Assembly: GCA_030603885.1 (NCBI GenBank)
Contig: JAUVWW010000004.1
Span: 2,236-66,235, forward strand
DNA length: 64,000 bases
Source: a bacterium
GTDB taxonomy: Bacteria; Patescibacteriota; JABMPQ01; JAUVWW01
Direction: 5' to 3'
Shown: positions 38,352 through 47,141 of the stretch, in pieces
Layout: each line of letters starts with the position of its first letter
How positions within the stretch are numbered: position 1 is the stretch's first letter
Position numbers and translations under genes: made by a program
The notes under the pieces: generated by a model
The model's database searches: none
What the model was told of the DNA's origin: nothing
Seen by the model: the letters and a program-made list of their open reading frames with translations, nothing else

Positions 38352-38972
38352 ATGCCTAGAGAAAAACCGGAATTCGAACAAAAATTAGTAGATGTAGCTC
38401 GGGTAGTCCGAGTAGTAGCTGGAGGTCGTCGATTTCGATTTCGAACCTGTGTTGTTATTGGAAATAAAAAAGGAAAAGTAGGGATGGGCATAGCTAAAGG
38501 GGCTGATGTTACCGGAGCAGTGGAAAAGGCAGTAGCAAGAGCTAAGAAAAAATTAGTTCAGGTTCCAATTGTGGATGGTACCATCCCTCATCAAATTCAA
38601 GTAAAATATAAATCTGCTAATGTCCTTTTGAAACCAGCAAGGCAAGGTGCTGGTATTATTGCTGGAGGTCCAGTAAGGGCGGTAATGGAGCTTGCAGGGA
38701 TCAGAGATATCACTTCCAAAATGTTAGGCTCTGCTAATAAAGTTTCGAATGTGCAGGCTTGTATTTTAGCTTTTAAAAAACTGAGGAAACCTGAAGAGGT
38801 TGCTGAGGCAAGAGGAAAGAAAGTGGAAGAGTTAGTTCCACATAAAAAAGTAACAAAAGTGACAGAGGTGCCAGAGATAAAAGAGCCTAAGGCAAAACCT
38901 AAGAAGAAGGTTGAGACAAAAGAGATTAAAGAAAAGTCTAAGAAGAAGGCTAAGACTACTGAAGACAAGTAA
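38352..38972 (+). CDS. rpsE: 30S ribosomal protein S5 (C-terminal extension)
   Basis: RV.RVVAGGRRF, GIIAGG.VR. Confidence 0.98.
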   Translation: MPREKPEFEQKLVDVARVVRVVAGGRRFRFRTCVVIGNKKGKVGMGIAKGADVTGAVEKAVARAKKKLVQVPIVDGTIPHQIQVKYKSANVLLKPARQGAGIIAGGPVRAVMELAGIRDITSKMLGSANKVSNVQACILAFKKLRKPEEVAEARGKKVEELVPHKKVTKVTEVPEIKEPKAKPKKKVETKEIKEKSKKKAKTTEDK

Positions 38973-38996
38973 AGAGTTTAAATAATTTGTAAGCCT

Positions 38997-39644
38997 ATGA
39001 CTAAGAGAACCCTAAGTCTATTAATTCTAATTCTCTTACCTCTGGTATTCAGTGGAATTACCTGCGGTAAGAGAGTAGAAGAACCTACCATGCCTAAAGA
39101 AGAGCCAAAAGCCGAAGAGGCCAAAAAAGTGGTTATGATTGTAGCTTACAGAGATTATCAGGATATTGAGTATCGGGACACCAGAGAAGCTTTTGATAAA
39201 GCAGGCTATGAAGTAAAGATAGCTTCCTCAAGTTTGGGGACAGCTTCTGGAAAGTTGGGTGGATCTTTAGAAGTGGATGTTACTCTTTCTAATCTAGATG
39301 TAGCTGATTTTGATGCCATGGTATTTGTAGGTGGTCCTGGAGCAACAGAATATGTAGATGATGAAACTGCTCACAAAGTAGCTCAAGACGCTGTAGCTCA
39401 AGACAAAGTTTTGGCAGCTATCTGCATTGCCCCTGAGATTCTAGCTAAAGCTAAAGTTTTGGAAGGAAAGAAAGCTACTGTCTGGTCATCCGTGGTGGAT
39501 AGAGGTCCGATTAAAGTGCTAGAAGATGGGGGAGTAGAATATGTAGATCAGAATGTAGTTCAAGATGGAAAGATGATCACTGCCAATGGCCCAGCAGCCG
39601 CTAAGGAATTTGGAAAGACTATTGTGGAAGTTTTGAGTAAATAA
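38997..39644 (+). CDS. DJ-1/PfpI-family protein with N-terminal signal/lipoprotein-like peptide
   Basis: DIEY Glu, FVGGPGA, AICIAP nucleophile Cys, ITANGP; leader ending VFSGITC. Confidence 0.88.
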   Translation: MTKRTLSLLILILLPLVFSGITCGKRVEEPTMPKEEPKAEEAKKVVMIVAYRDYQDIEYRDTREAFDKAGYEVKIASSSLGTASGKLGGSLEVDVTLSNLDVADFDAMVFVGGPGATEYVDDETAHKVAQDAVAQDKVLAAICIAPEILAKAKVLEGKKATVWSSVVDRGPIKVLEDGGVEYVDQNVVQDGKMITANGPAAAKEFGKTIVEVLSK

Positions 39645-39733
39645 AGCTCGCCATCCTGCCTCACTGCTCAGGAAGGAATCCCCCCACCTTCGGTGGGTCC
39701 CCCCTTATTCGCGCTCGGCAGGAATGGCTCGCT
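39645..39733. repeat. GC-rich long imperfect palindrome (tandem-GA, GAA-triloop type)
   Basis: AGC-TC-GCCAT-CCTGCC-TC...CCCACC-TTC-GGTGGG...TC-GGCAGG-A-ATGGC-TC-GCT. Confidence 0.75.
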
Positions 39734-39784
39734 AATCAAATATATTCGCGAAAATTCGAGATTAAATTCGCGAAAATTAGTCAT

Positions 39785-40363
39785 ATGATAAAACTATACG
39801 AATTAAAACCAAGAATTCCTAAAAAGAAAAGAAGACGCGTTGGTCGGGGAGGAAAACGCGGAACTTTTAGTGGTCGAGGAATGAAAGGACAGAAGTCTAG
39901 AGCTGGGATAAGGATATCTCCACATGTTAAACTTCCTTTGCTGAAACGTCTTCCTAAAAAAAGAGGCTTTGTCAGTCTAAAAATAAGGCCAGCTGTTTTA
40001 AATGTGGGAGATTTGCAAAAGAGATTTAAAACTGGAGAGAAGATCACTATTAAAAAGCTATACGAGGTAGGTTTGCTTAAGCGTCCAAAACTTAGAATAA
40101 AAATCCTAGGAAATGGAGAACTATCCAAGAAATTTACCATAGAAGCCCACGCCTTTTCTAGTCAAGCTAAAGAAAAGATAGAGAAGGCGGGTGGAAAAGT
40201 GGTAGAGATTAAAAAGATTGAAAGGGTTAAAGAAGTTAAAAAAGTCGAAGAGGTTGAGAAAGTTAAAAAGGTACCAAAAGAAGAAGAGAAAAAGCCAGTC
40301 AAAAAGTTAGTTAAGAAGTCAGCAAAGAAGACTAAAGTTCTTAAGAAAAAGTCTAGTAGCTAG
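39785..40363 (+). CDS. rplO: 50S ribosomal protein L15 (C-terminal extension)
   Basis: RVGRGG..G..SGRG.KGQKSR, RLPK.RGF, KILGNG. Confidence 0.97.
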   Translation: MIKLYELKPRIPKKKRRRVGRGGKRGTFSGRGMKGQKSRAGIRISPHVKLPLLKRLPKKRGFVSLKIRPAVLNVGDLQKRFKTGEKITIKKLYEVGLLKRPKLRIKILGNGELSKKFTIEAHAFSSQAKEKIEKAGGKVVEIKKIERVKEVKKVEEVEKVKKVPKEEEKKPVKKLVKKSAKKTKVLKKKSSS

Positions 40364-40475
40364 AAAATCTAAGCTTTTAGAGTTTTGATGAAAAGGATAA
40401 ATGTCAAGGCTTTTTAGGGTAGATTAAATAAATAAAAAGTGGTAAAATAAAAGAGACTAAAAGTAATAAAAAACT

Positions 40476-41153
40476 ATGCCTGATAAAACACAAATTCAAC
40501 GCGATTGGCTGGTGATCCAACTTACTTTGGCTGATTTAGAAACAAACTATATAAAATCTTTAAAAGAAAAGGAAAAGATTACCGATGTCTTTATTTTAGG
40601 CCAAACTTTAGAGAATCAGCTTGAATATTTTAAAAGAATCCGAGCCAAAAAAGCTTTTCCCATGAAAGAGTTGCCTTTTATTACCGAAAAATCATTTAAA
40701 GAGTTTAATGATCGGAGAAAAGAAATCTATCAAAAATTTTATGATGAAGTTTTATCTAAGCTAAGGACAGAGGAAATTGAGAAGATGATTAAAAAACGGC
40801 TGGAAGAAATAGCCATGAGATATTCAAAGCACATTGATAATCTGGCTGTTTTGGATCATGATGGAATAGTAGAGATGCTTGGTTATAGAGATAAGATAAA
40901 GATTTTATCTGACGAGCTTGGATATTGGTTAAATCTCTGGGATAAAAAAGAAGCCACCTCCCCAGCTGAAGAAATAAAATGGCACAAGGAATATTTGGAA
41001 AAAGTCAAAGAAATGGATAGCCAATACAGAGAATTCGCTATTGTAGAAAAACCAGAATTTTGCAAACCCATATTAACTGAAGAAGCCCAGAAGCACCTTA
41101 TTCTAAAACCAGACGGCACTCCTAGGTTTGATTTTTGGTGGTGGCATTTATAA
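40476..41153 (+). CDS. Hypothetical helical protein ending in WWWHL
   Basis: 225-aa ORF filling the rplO-secY gap; no family recognised. Confidence 0.7.
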   Translation: MPDKTQIQRDWLVIQLTLADLETNYIKSLKEKEKITDVFILGQTLENQLEYFKRIRAKKAFPMKELPFITEKSFKEFNDRRKEIYQKFYDEVLSKLRTEEIEKMIKKRLEEIAMRYSKHIDNLAVLDHDGIVEMLGYRDKIKILSDELGYWLNLWDKKEATSPAEEIKWHKEYLEKVKEMDSQYREFAIVEKPEFCKPILTEEAQKHLILKPDGTPRFDFWWWHL

Positions 41154-41171
41154 ATTTAGAATTAAGAGATC

Positions 41172-42455
41172 ATGTTTGAGAAATTAATCCAAATTTTCAA
41201 AGTCAAAGATCTACGCAAGAAGATTTTCTATACTCTTATTCTTTTGGTAATTTTTAGATTGGCAGCTCAGATTCCTGTTCCTGGAGTAAATCTAGAAAAT
41301 CTAAAAAAATTTTTTGAAACCAATCAACTCTTTGGACTTTTGAATGTATTTACTGGTGGAGCTATGGCTAATATGTCTGTGGTCATGCTTGGTGTTGGAC
41401 CTTATATTACAGCTACTATTATTATGCAGCTTTTGTCCATGATTGTTCCTAGAATCCAACGAATGATGAAAGAAGAAGGGGAGGCAGGAAGAAATAAGTT
41501 TAATCAATGGTCCAGGCTTCTAACAATACCTTTAGCAGTTATGCAGTCTTATGCAATGATTAATATGTTATCTCGATCTTCTCAGCCAGTAATCGGCGAG
41601 TTAACTCCTTTTAATTTAGTTACTATTATTGTTTCTATTACCGCAGGCAGTGTATTTTTAATGTGGCTTGGAGAATTGATCACAGAAAATGGAATTGGAA
41701 ATGGGATAAGCTTGATCATTTTTGCTGGAATTGTCTCTAGGATGCCCCAGAGTATCTATCAGACAGCAGCTACTTTTGATCCTTCCCAAATAATCAATTT
41801 AATTATATTCTTTGTCATTGCTGTAGTAGTTATTGCCGGGGTGGTATTTATTACCGAAGCCAGGCGTAATGTTCCTGTTTCTTATGCCAGAAGAATGAGA
41901 GGTATGAAAATGTATGGAGGAGCACAAACTTATTTACCCCTGAGAGTTAATACGGCTGGAGTAATTCCTATTATTTTTGCTATGTCTGTGATGCTTTTTC
42001 CAGGCATGGTGGCTAATTTCTTTGTTAATTCTCCTAATGAATTTTTAGCTAAGTCTGCCCAAAATATTGCCGGTTTGTTCCAAAATCAGTTATTTTATGG
42101 CATTTTGTATTTTGTTTTAGTAGTTGCCTTTACCTATTTTTACACTTCGGTTATTTTTGAGCCTAAATCTGTAGCTGAACATCTTCAAAGGCAAGGGGGA
42201 TTTATTCCGGGGATCAGACCAGGTCCACCTACAGCTGATTATCTCCATATAACTGTAAATAGAATCACTTTAGCTGGAGCAATGTTTTTAGGAATCGTAG
42301 CTGTACTACCTTTTGTTGTCCAAGCAGGCACAGGAGTAACTACTTTTAATTACATGATTGGTGGAACTTCGATTTTGATTATGGTTTCTGTAGTTCTTGA
42401 GACAATAAAGCAAGTTGAGTCCCAGATGATCATGAGGGACTATGAGGGATTTTAA
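41172..42455 (+). CDS. secY: Preprotein translocase SecY
   Basis: LGVGPYITA.II.QLL, GIGNGISL.IF, GVIPIIFA, IPGIRPG. Confidence 0.99.
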   Translation: MFEKLIQIFKVKDLRKKIFYTLILLVIFRLAAQIPVPGVNLENLKKFFETNQLFGLLNVFTGGAMANMSVVMLGVGPYITATIIMQLLSMIVPRIQRMMKEEGEAGRNKFNQWSRLLTIPLAVMQSYAMINMLSRSSQPVIGELTPFNLVTIIVSITAGSVFLMWLGELITENGIGNGISLIIFAGIVSRMPQSIYQTAATFDPSQIINLIIFFVIAVVVIAGVVFITEARRNVPVSYARRMRGMKMYGGAQTYLPLRVNTAGVIPIIFAMSVMLFPGMVANFFVNSPNEFLAKSAQNIAGLFQNQLFYGILYFVLVVAFTYFYTSVIFEPKSVAEHLQRQGGFIPGIRPGPPTADYLHITVNRITLAGAMFLGIVAVLPFVVQAGTGVTTFNYMIGGTSILIMVSVVLETIKQVESQMIMRDYEGF

Positions 42456-42468
42456 TCAAAAATTATTT

Positions 42469-43098
42469 ATGTTAAATCTTATCATCTTTGGTCCCCAGGG
42501 AGCAGGCAAAGGAACCCAGGCTCAGCTTTTGGCTAAAGAGTTTAATTTGGAGTGGATTGAAACAGGGAGATTACTTAGAGAAAAAGCCGGGGATAGAACT
42601 AAGTTGGGAGAGAAAATTGGAAGACTTCAAAATCAAGGGGTTTTGGTTCCAGATGAAATAGTTGCTCAAATAATCGAAGAGAAAATAAAAAAAGTGCCTA
42701 AAAATAAAGGAATTATATTGGATGGTTATCCACGGAACATAAGGCAACTTGAAAGTTTAGAGAAAATCCTAAGAGAGACAAATAGAGCCAAATACAAGGC
42801 TATTTTTGTTAATGTAAGTAAAGAAGTAACCTTGGAAAGACTTTCCGGAAGAAAGACTTGCTCAAAGTGTGGAAAAATTTTTTCAAAAACAGATCTTGAG
42901 GTGTGTGATGCCTGTGGAGGGAAATTGATTGTAAGAGAAGATGACAGGCCGGAGGCGATTGAAAAGAGACTAGAGGTGTATCATAAAGAGACTGAACCTA
43001 TGTTACGATTCTATAGAAAAAAAGGTGTTTTAGTTGAAGTAAATGGAGAAGGACCAGTTGAAGAGGTGTATCGAGATATAATTAAAAATTTAAAATAG
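42469..43098 (+). CDS. adk: Adenylate kinase with Zn-binding LID
   Basis: GPQGAGKGTQA, LDGYPR, CSKC..CDAC, REDD; start moved to ATG 42469. Confidence 0.95.
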   Translation: MLNLIIFGPQGAGKGTQAQLLAKEFNLEWIETGRLLREKAGDRTKLGEKIGRLQNQGVLVPDEIVAQIIEEKIKKVPKNKGIILDGYPRNIRQLESLEKILRETNRAKYKAIFVNVSKEVTLERLSGRKTCSKCGKIFSKTDLEVCDACGGKLIVREDDRPEAIEKRLEVYHKETEPMLRFYRKKGVLVEVNGEGPVEEVYRDIIKNLK

Positions 43099-43100
43099 AA

Positions 43101-43841
43101 ATGGTTATCGTAAAAACACCTAAGGAGATTCAGATCATGCGCGAGGGAGGGAAGATTTTGGCTAAAATTATTAAAGAGTTAGCAAAGAGTACAAAGGCCG
43201 GTGTTAAAACAGAAGAATTAGATAAACTAGCCGAGAAGTTAGCCAGAAAATACAAGGCCCAGCCTTCCTTTAAAGGCTATAAAGGCTATTCTAAGAACAT
43301 TTGTATCAGTATTAATGAAGAGTTAGTTCATTGTCTTCCTTCGAAAAGAGAGATAAAAGAAGGGGATATTGTCAGTTCAGATTTTGGAATTAGATATAAG
43401 GGTCTGTGTACAGATACAGCAACAACTTTAGGCATTGGCAAAATAGATCCTAAAGCAAAAAAGCTAATCAATGTAACTAAAAAAGCTCTTTATATTGGAA
43501 TCAAACAGGTTAAATCTGGCGCGTCGGTAGGAGACATTGGCTCAGCTATTCAAAAATATGTAGAGAGACAAGGATTTTCTGTAGTTAGAGATTTATCTGG
43601 CCATGGAGTAGGAAAAGAAGTCCATGAGCCCCCTCAAATATTACACTATGGAAAGCCGGGTAGAGGAAAGAAGCTAGAAGAAGGTATGACCATATGTATT
43701 GAGCCTATGGCTTGTACAGGAAGCTATAAGATAAAACAACGTAAAGATAAAAGTTTTGTAACTTTAGATGGATCTTTGTCGGCTCACTTTGAACATACAG
43801 TGTTAGTGACAAAACGAGGGTATCAGATATTGACTTGTTAA
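43101..43841 (+). CDS. map: Methionine aminopeptidase type I
   Basis: CISINEE.VH, GHGVG..HE.P, IEPM, SAHFEHT. Confidence 0.97.
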   Translation: MVIVKTPKEIQIMREGGKILAKIIKELAKSTKAGVKTEELDKLAEKLARKYKAQPSFKGYKGYSKNICISINEELVHCLPSKREIKEGDIVSSDFGIRYKGLCTDTATTLGIGKIDPKAKKLINVTKKALYIGIKQVKSGASVGDIGSAIQKYVERQGFSVVRDLSGHGVGKEVHEPPQILHYGKPGRGKKLEEGMTICIEPMACTGSYKIKQRKDKSFVTLDGSLSAHFEHTVLVTKRGYQILTC

Positions 43842-43857
43842 GTTGTTAAATTTTTAC

Positions 43858-44265
43858 ATGGCTAGGATACTTAGTCTAGACTACGGCGAAAAACATATCG
43901 GCATAGCTATCTCAGACGCGTTGGGTATTTTAGCTTCCAGTCTAAAAACTTTAGAAAATAAAGGTAAGGATTTTGTTAGTAAAGAGATTAAGAGAATTTG
44001 TAAAGAAAAAGATATCTCCAAGATAGTGATTGGGCTGCCAGTTAGCCTTAGTGGTAAAGAGGAGATTCAGGCTAAGAAGGTTAAAGAATTTGCTGAATTT
44101 TTGAAAAAAGAAATTAACATTCCCATTGTTTTTGAGGATGAACGTTTGACTTCAGTTATGGCTGATAAATTTTTAAAAGAGGCAAAAACTAAAAAGCGAA
44201 AAGTAAAAGAGCATGAATTAGCTGCTCAGATAATATTACAAGATTATTTAGATAAAAACGTTTAA
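43858..44265 (+). CDS. ruvX: YqgF/RuvX pre-16S rRNA nuclease family
   Basis: LDYGEKHIGIAISD, VIGLP, DERLTS, AAQIILQ. Confidence 0.92.
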   Translation: MARILSLDYGEKHIGIAISDALGILASSLKTLENKGKDFVSKEIKRICKEKDISKIVIGLPVSLSGKEEIQAKKVKEFAEFLKKEINIPIVFEDERLTSVMADKFLKEAKTKKRKVKEHELAAQIILQDYLDKNV

Positions 44266-44272
44266 AAAACTT

Positions 44273-45040
44273 ATGAATCAACGTCCAAAATTATCTGTAG
44301 TCATTCCAGCTTATAACGAAGAAGATCGTATTGTCCCTACTTTGAAATCAATAGATGCTCATCTAGAAAAACAACCATACCATTATGAAATTATTGTTGT
44401 TTCTGATGGTTCGACAGATAAGACTGTAGAGGTGGTTCAAAATTTTGCCAAAACCACAGTCGAAAATCTAAAGCTCAATGCCAATCCTATCAATCATGGA
44501 AAGGGTTTTGCTGTCAAAGATGGGGTGGGGATGGCCGAGGGAGAGTATATTATGTTTATGGATGCAGATAATGCTACTAAAATTAATGAAATAGAAAAGT
44601 TTTGGCCTTGGTTTGATAAAGGTTATGATGTAGTTATTGGCTCAAGACATTTAAGAGGAGATAAGGTGAAAGTTAAGCGCTCACTTTTAAGAGGATTGTT
44701 TGCTAAAGGTTCTAGCTTTTTAATTCAAATGGTTTTAGTTCCTGGGATAAAAGATACTCAATGTGGTTTTAAAGCCTTTACTCACGATGCTGCCAAAAGA
44801 CTTTTTGCCGCCCAAACACTTATGCGTTGGGGGTTTGATTTTGAAATTTTAGCTGTTGCCCGGCACTGGGGATTAAAAATAAAAGAGGTTCCTGTTAATT
44901 GGGTTCATGTTGGCGCCTCCCGACTTCGTTTTGTACAAGCTGCACTAAGAACTTTAAGAGAGTTATTTATCATCAAGTGGAATTTAATGACAGGAAAGTA
45001 TAGAAAGTACGAGTTTGAAAAGTATAGAAAATCAGGCTAA
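44273..45040 (+). CDS. GT2 glycosyltransferase (dolichyl-phosphate glucosyltransferase-like)
   Basis: SVVIPAYNE, DGSTD, NHGKG, FMDAD, DTQCGFK, FDFE. Confidence 0.9.
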   Translation: MNQRPKLSVVIPAYNEEDRIVPTLKSIDAHLEKQPYHYEIIVVSDGSTDKTVEVVQNFAKTTVENLKLNANPINHGKGFAVKDGVGMAEGEYIMFMDADNATKINEIEKFWPWFDKGYDVVIGSRHLRGDKVKVKRSLLRGLFAKGSSFLIQMVLVPGIKDTQCGFKAFTHDAAKRLFAAQTLMRWGFDFEILAVARHWGLKIKEVPVNWVHVGASRLRFVQAALRTLRELFIIKWNLMTGKYRKYEFEKYRKSG

Positions 45041-45046
45041 TAAAAA

Positions 45047-45077
45047 ATCGGGCACAAGCGCAGGGCTGTGCCCGAAG
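45047..45077. terminator. Hairpin terminator between convergent genes
   Basis: TCGGGCACA/TGTGCCCGA preceded by an A-run. Confidence 0.65.
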
Positions 45078-45081
45078 AGTA

Positions 45082-45543
45082 TTAACTACTTTCGGATTTT
45101 CCAGGACGGATTTTCGAATTGATGAATTTCGAAGTTTCGGAACCAAAGAATATTACAAGGACCTTTAAACTTATCCCCATCATCTCAGAGGGAAGTTCGT
45201 ACGTTGGAAACAGAAATTGGACTGAAAATATTACTAAAAGTAGCGACCACCACAAGTAGACAAATACTTCTCCCATTCTATCTGTTTTGGGTGTTTTTGT
45301 CCATCTTCCTACTTCCTTACTTGCTGCGTATGCTCCTAAAAGAGCAAGATATGCATTTGCCATAGGAGAGGTCAATCCTAAAGTATGTCCCTGAAATTTC
45401 CATTTAAGAAATTCCACCACAGTCATTAATAGGAGAATAATTGTCCAACAGAAACAGAACTTATATAAGCAAATGATTGATTTTTTCAATGCCTCTTTTG
45501 CTTTATCCGTGCTATTCCTAATCTTTTCTTTTAAAGTTGCCAT
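45082..45543 (-). CDS. Hypothetical 4-TM membrane protein
   Basis: GGAGG RBS before MATLKEK; TTGACA-17-TAAGGT promoter; four hydrophobic segments. Confidence 0.65.
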   Translation of the reverse strand: MATLKEKIRNSTDKAKEALKKSIICLYKFCFCWTIILLLMTVVEFLKWKFQGHTLGLTSPMANAYLALLGAYAASKEVGRWTKTPKTDRMGEVFVYLWWSLLLVIFSVQFLFPTYELPSEMMGISLKVLVIFFGSETSKFINSKIRPGKSESS

Positions 45544-45628
45544 TTTTCCCTCCTTTCGGCATCTGCCGAAATAAATTTTGTCCAAACAGCTATCTCAAAT
45601 CAATAAACCTTAGCATACTCTTAATTCC

Positions 45629-46660
45629 ATGTCAAGCCCAAAGCAAAAAAAACAAGAAATTTTCCCTCAACTTCGCCAAGATCCTATTTCCAAGACTTGG
45701 GTAGTCATTACTCCCAAAAGAAGGGCCAGGCCAGAGGAGTTTGATCAGTCCCGGATTGTCAAGCGGAAAATAGTAGCTAAAAAAGAAGATTGTCCTTTTT
45801 GTGAAGGAAATGAGGCTAAGTTTGGAAATCCTACCAGTCTTCTTGAATATCCCAGAAAAGGAGGAAAGTGGTCAGTGAGAGTAATTCCTAATAAATATCC
45901 AGCCTTTTTAAAGAATCAAAAGTCAAAAGTCAAAAGTCAAAAATTATACATTAGCCAGCCTGCAATTGGATCTCACGAAGTCATCATTACCTACCATCAT
46001 GAAGATCATACTCCAAAACAACCTTTGTGGTTGGTAGATAAGATGTTAAGAGCCTATCAAGAAAGAATTCTAAACTTAAAAAAAGATCAGAAAATAAAAT
46101 ACGTACATATTTTTGTTAACGAAGGAGACGAAGCTGGAGCTTCTATTGGTCATCCTCATTCTCAACTGGTAGCCCTAACCCTTATTCCCGAAATGATCCA
46201 GAAAGAGCTAGATGGAGTTGAACAGTATTATAAACGCTTTAAAAAATGTATTTTCTGTGATATAATAAAAAGAGAGCAAGATCAAAAGGAGAGAGTTATT
46301 CTAGAAAACAAAAATTTCATTACCATTGCTCCTTATTTTTCTAGATTTCCCTTTGAGATGTGGATTTTACCCAAAGAGCATCAAACATCTTATGAGGAGA
46401 TGGATGAAACTAGACGCAGAAGTTTAGCCGAGATTTTAAAGTATAGTCTTTTAAAACTCGACAAAGGCCTGGGTGAGCCAGCTTATAACCATTTTATTCA
46501 TACGAGCCCAGTAAACGTTAAAAGTCAACAATACCATTGGCATGTTGAGATTTTTCCTCGTATAGATATCTGGGCTGGGGTGGAGTTGGGTATTGGAGTT
46601 GTTTTCAATACCATGGTTCCTAAGGTAGCAGCAGAGTTTTTAAGAAAAGTAAAAATTTAA
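45629..46660 (+). CDS. galT: Galactose-1-phosphate uridylyltransferase family
   Basis: CPFC.GNE, NKYPA, AGAS..HPHSQ, CIFC, HWH.EI.PR. Confidence 0.93.
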   Translation: MSSPKQKKQEIFPQLRQDPISKTWVVITPKRRARPEEFDQSRIVKRKIVAKKEDCPFCEGNEAKFGNPTSLLEYPRKGGKWSVRVIPNKYPAFLKNQKSKVKSQKLYISQPAIGSHEVIITYHHEDHTPKQPLWLVDKMLRAYQERILNLKKDQKIKYVHIFVNEGDEAGASIGHPHSQLVALTLIPEMIQKELDGVEQYYKRFKKCIFCDIIKREQDQKERVILENKNFITIAPYFSRFPFEMWILPKEHQTSYEEMDETRRRSLAEILKYSLLKLDKGLGEPAYNHFIHTSPVNVKSQQYHWHVEIFPRIDIWAGVELGIGVVFNTMVPKVAAEFLRKVKI

Positions 46661-47125
46661 ATGTTTGATATTCCCCAATTAACCGTGATTTTTACAGCTA
46701 TGCTTCCTATCTCGGAGCTTAGGGGAGCCATACCGCTGGCTTTAGGAGTTTATAAGATGTCAGTACCTCAAGCTTATCTCTTTGCGGTTTTAGGGAACAT
46801 TATTCCAGTCATCTTTCTTCTTTGGTTTCTTGAGCCTGTGTCTAAGTTTTTAATGAAGCGTTCCACTATATTTAATAAGTTTTTTACTTGGCTTTTTGAA
46901 AGAACAAGAAGAAAACACAAAAAAGCAATTCAAAAATGGGGACCAGTGGCTTTAATTCTCTTTGTAGCTATTCCCCTTCCTATAACTGGGGGATGGACTG
47001 GTTCTGTGGCTGCCTTTGTTTTTGGAATTCCATTTAAAAAAGCTTTGCCTTTGATTTTTTTAGGAATATTAATTGCTGGAGTTATTGTTACTTTGGCTAG
47101 TTTAGGAGTAATCAAATTCTTTTAA
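46661..47125 (+). CDS. Small multi-drug export (COG2426-like) membrane protein
   Basis: P.SELRGAIP, GN.IPV, FVAIPLP.TG.WTG. Confidence 0.85.
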   Translation: MFDIPQLTVIFTAMLPISELRGAIPLALGVYKMSVPQAYLFAVLGNIIPVIFLLWFLEPVSKFLMKRSTIFNKFFTWLFERTRRKHKKAIQKWGPVALILFVAIPLPITGGWTGSVAAFVFGIPFKKALPLIFLGILIAGVIVTLASLGVIKFF

Positions 47126-47141
47126 CTTATAACTTATCACC

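Noticed and set aside
43842-43860. Loss of infA-rpmJ-rpsM-rpsK-rpoA after map
   Set aside because: Breaks in the cluster at this point are common and the genes are probably elsewhere; absence cannot be judged from one window.
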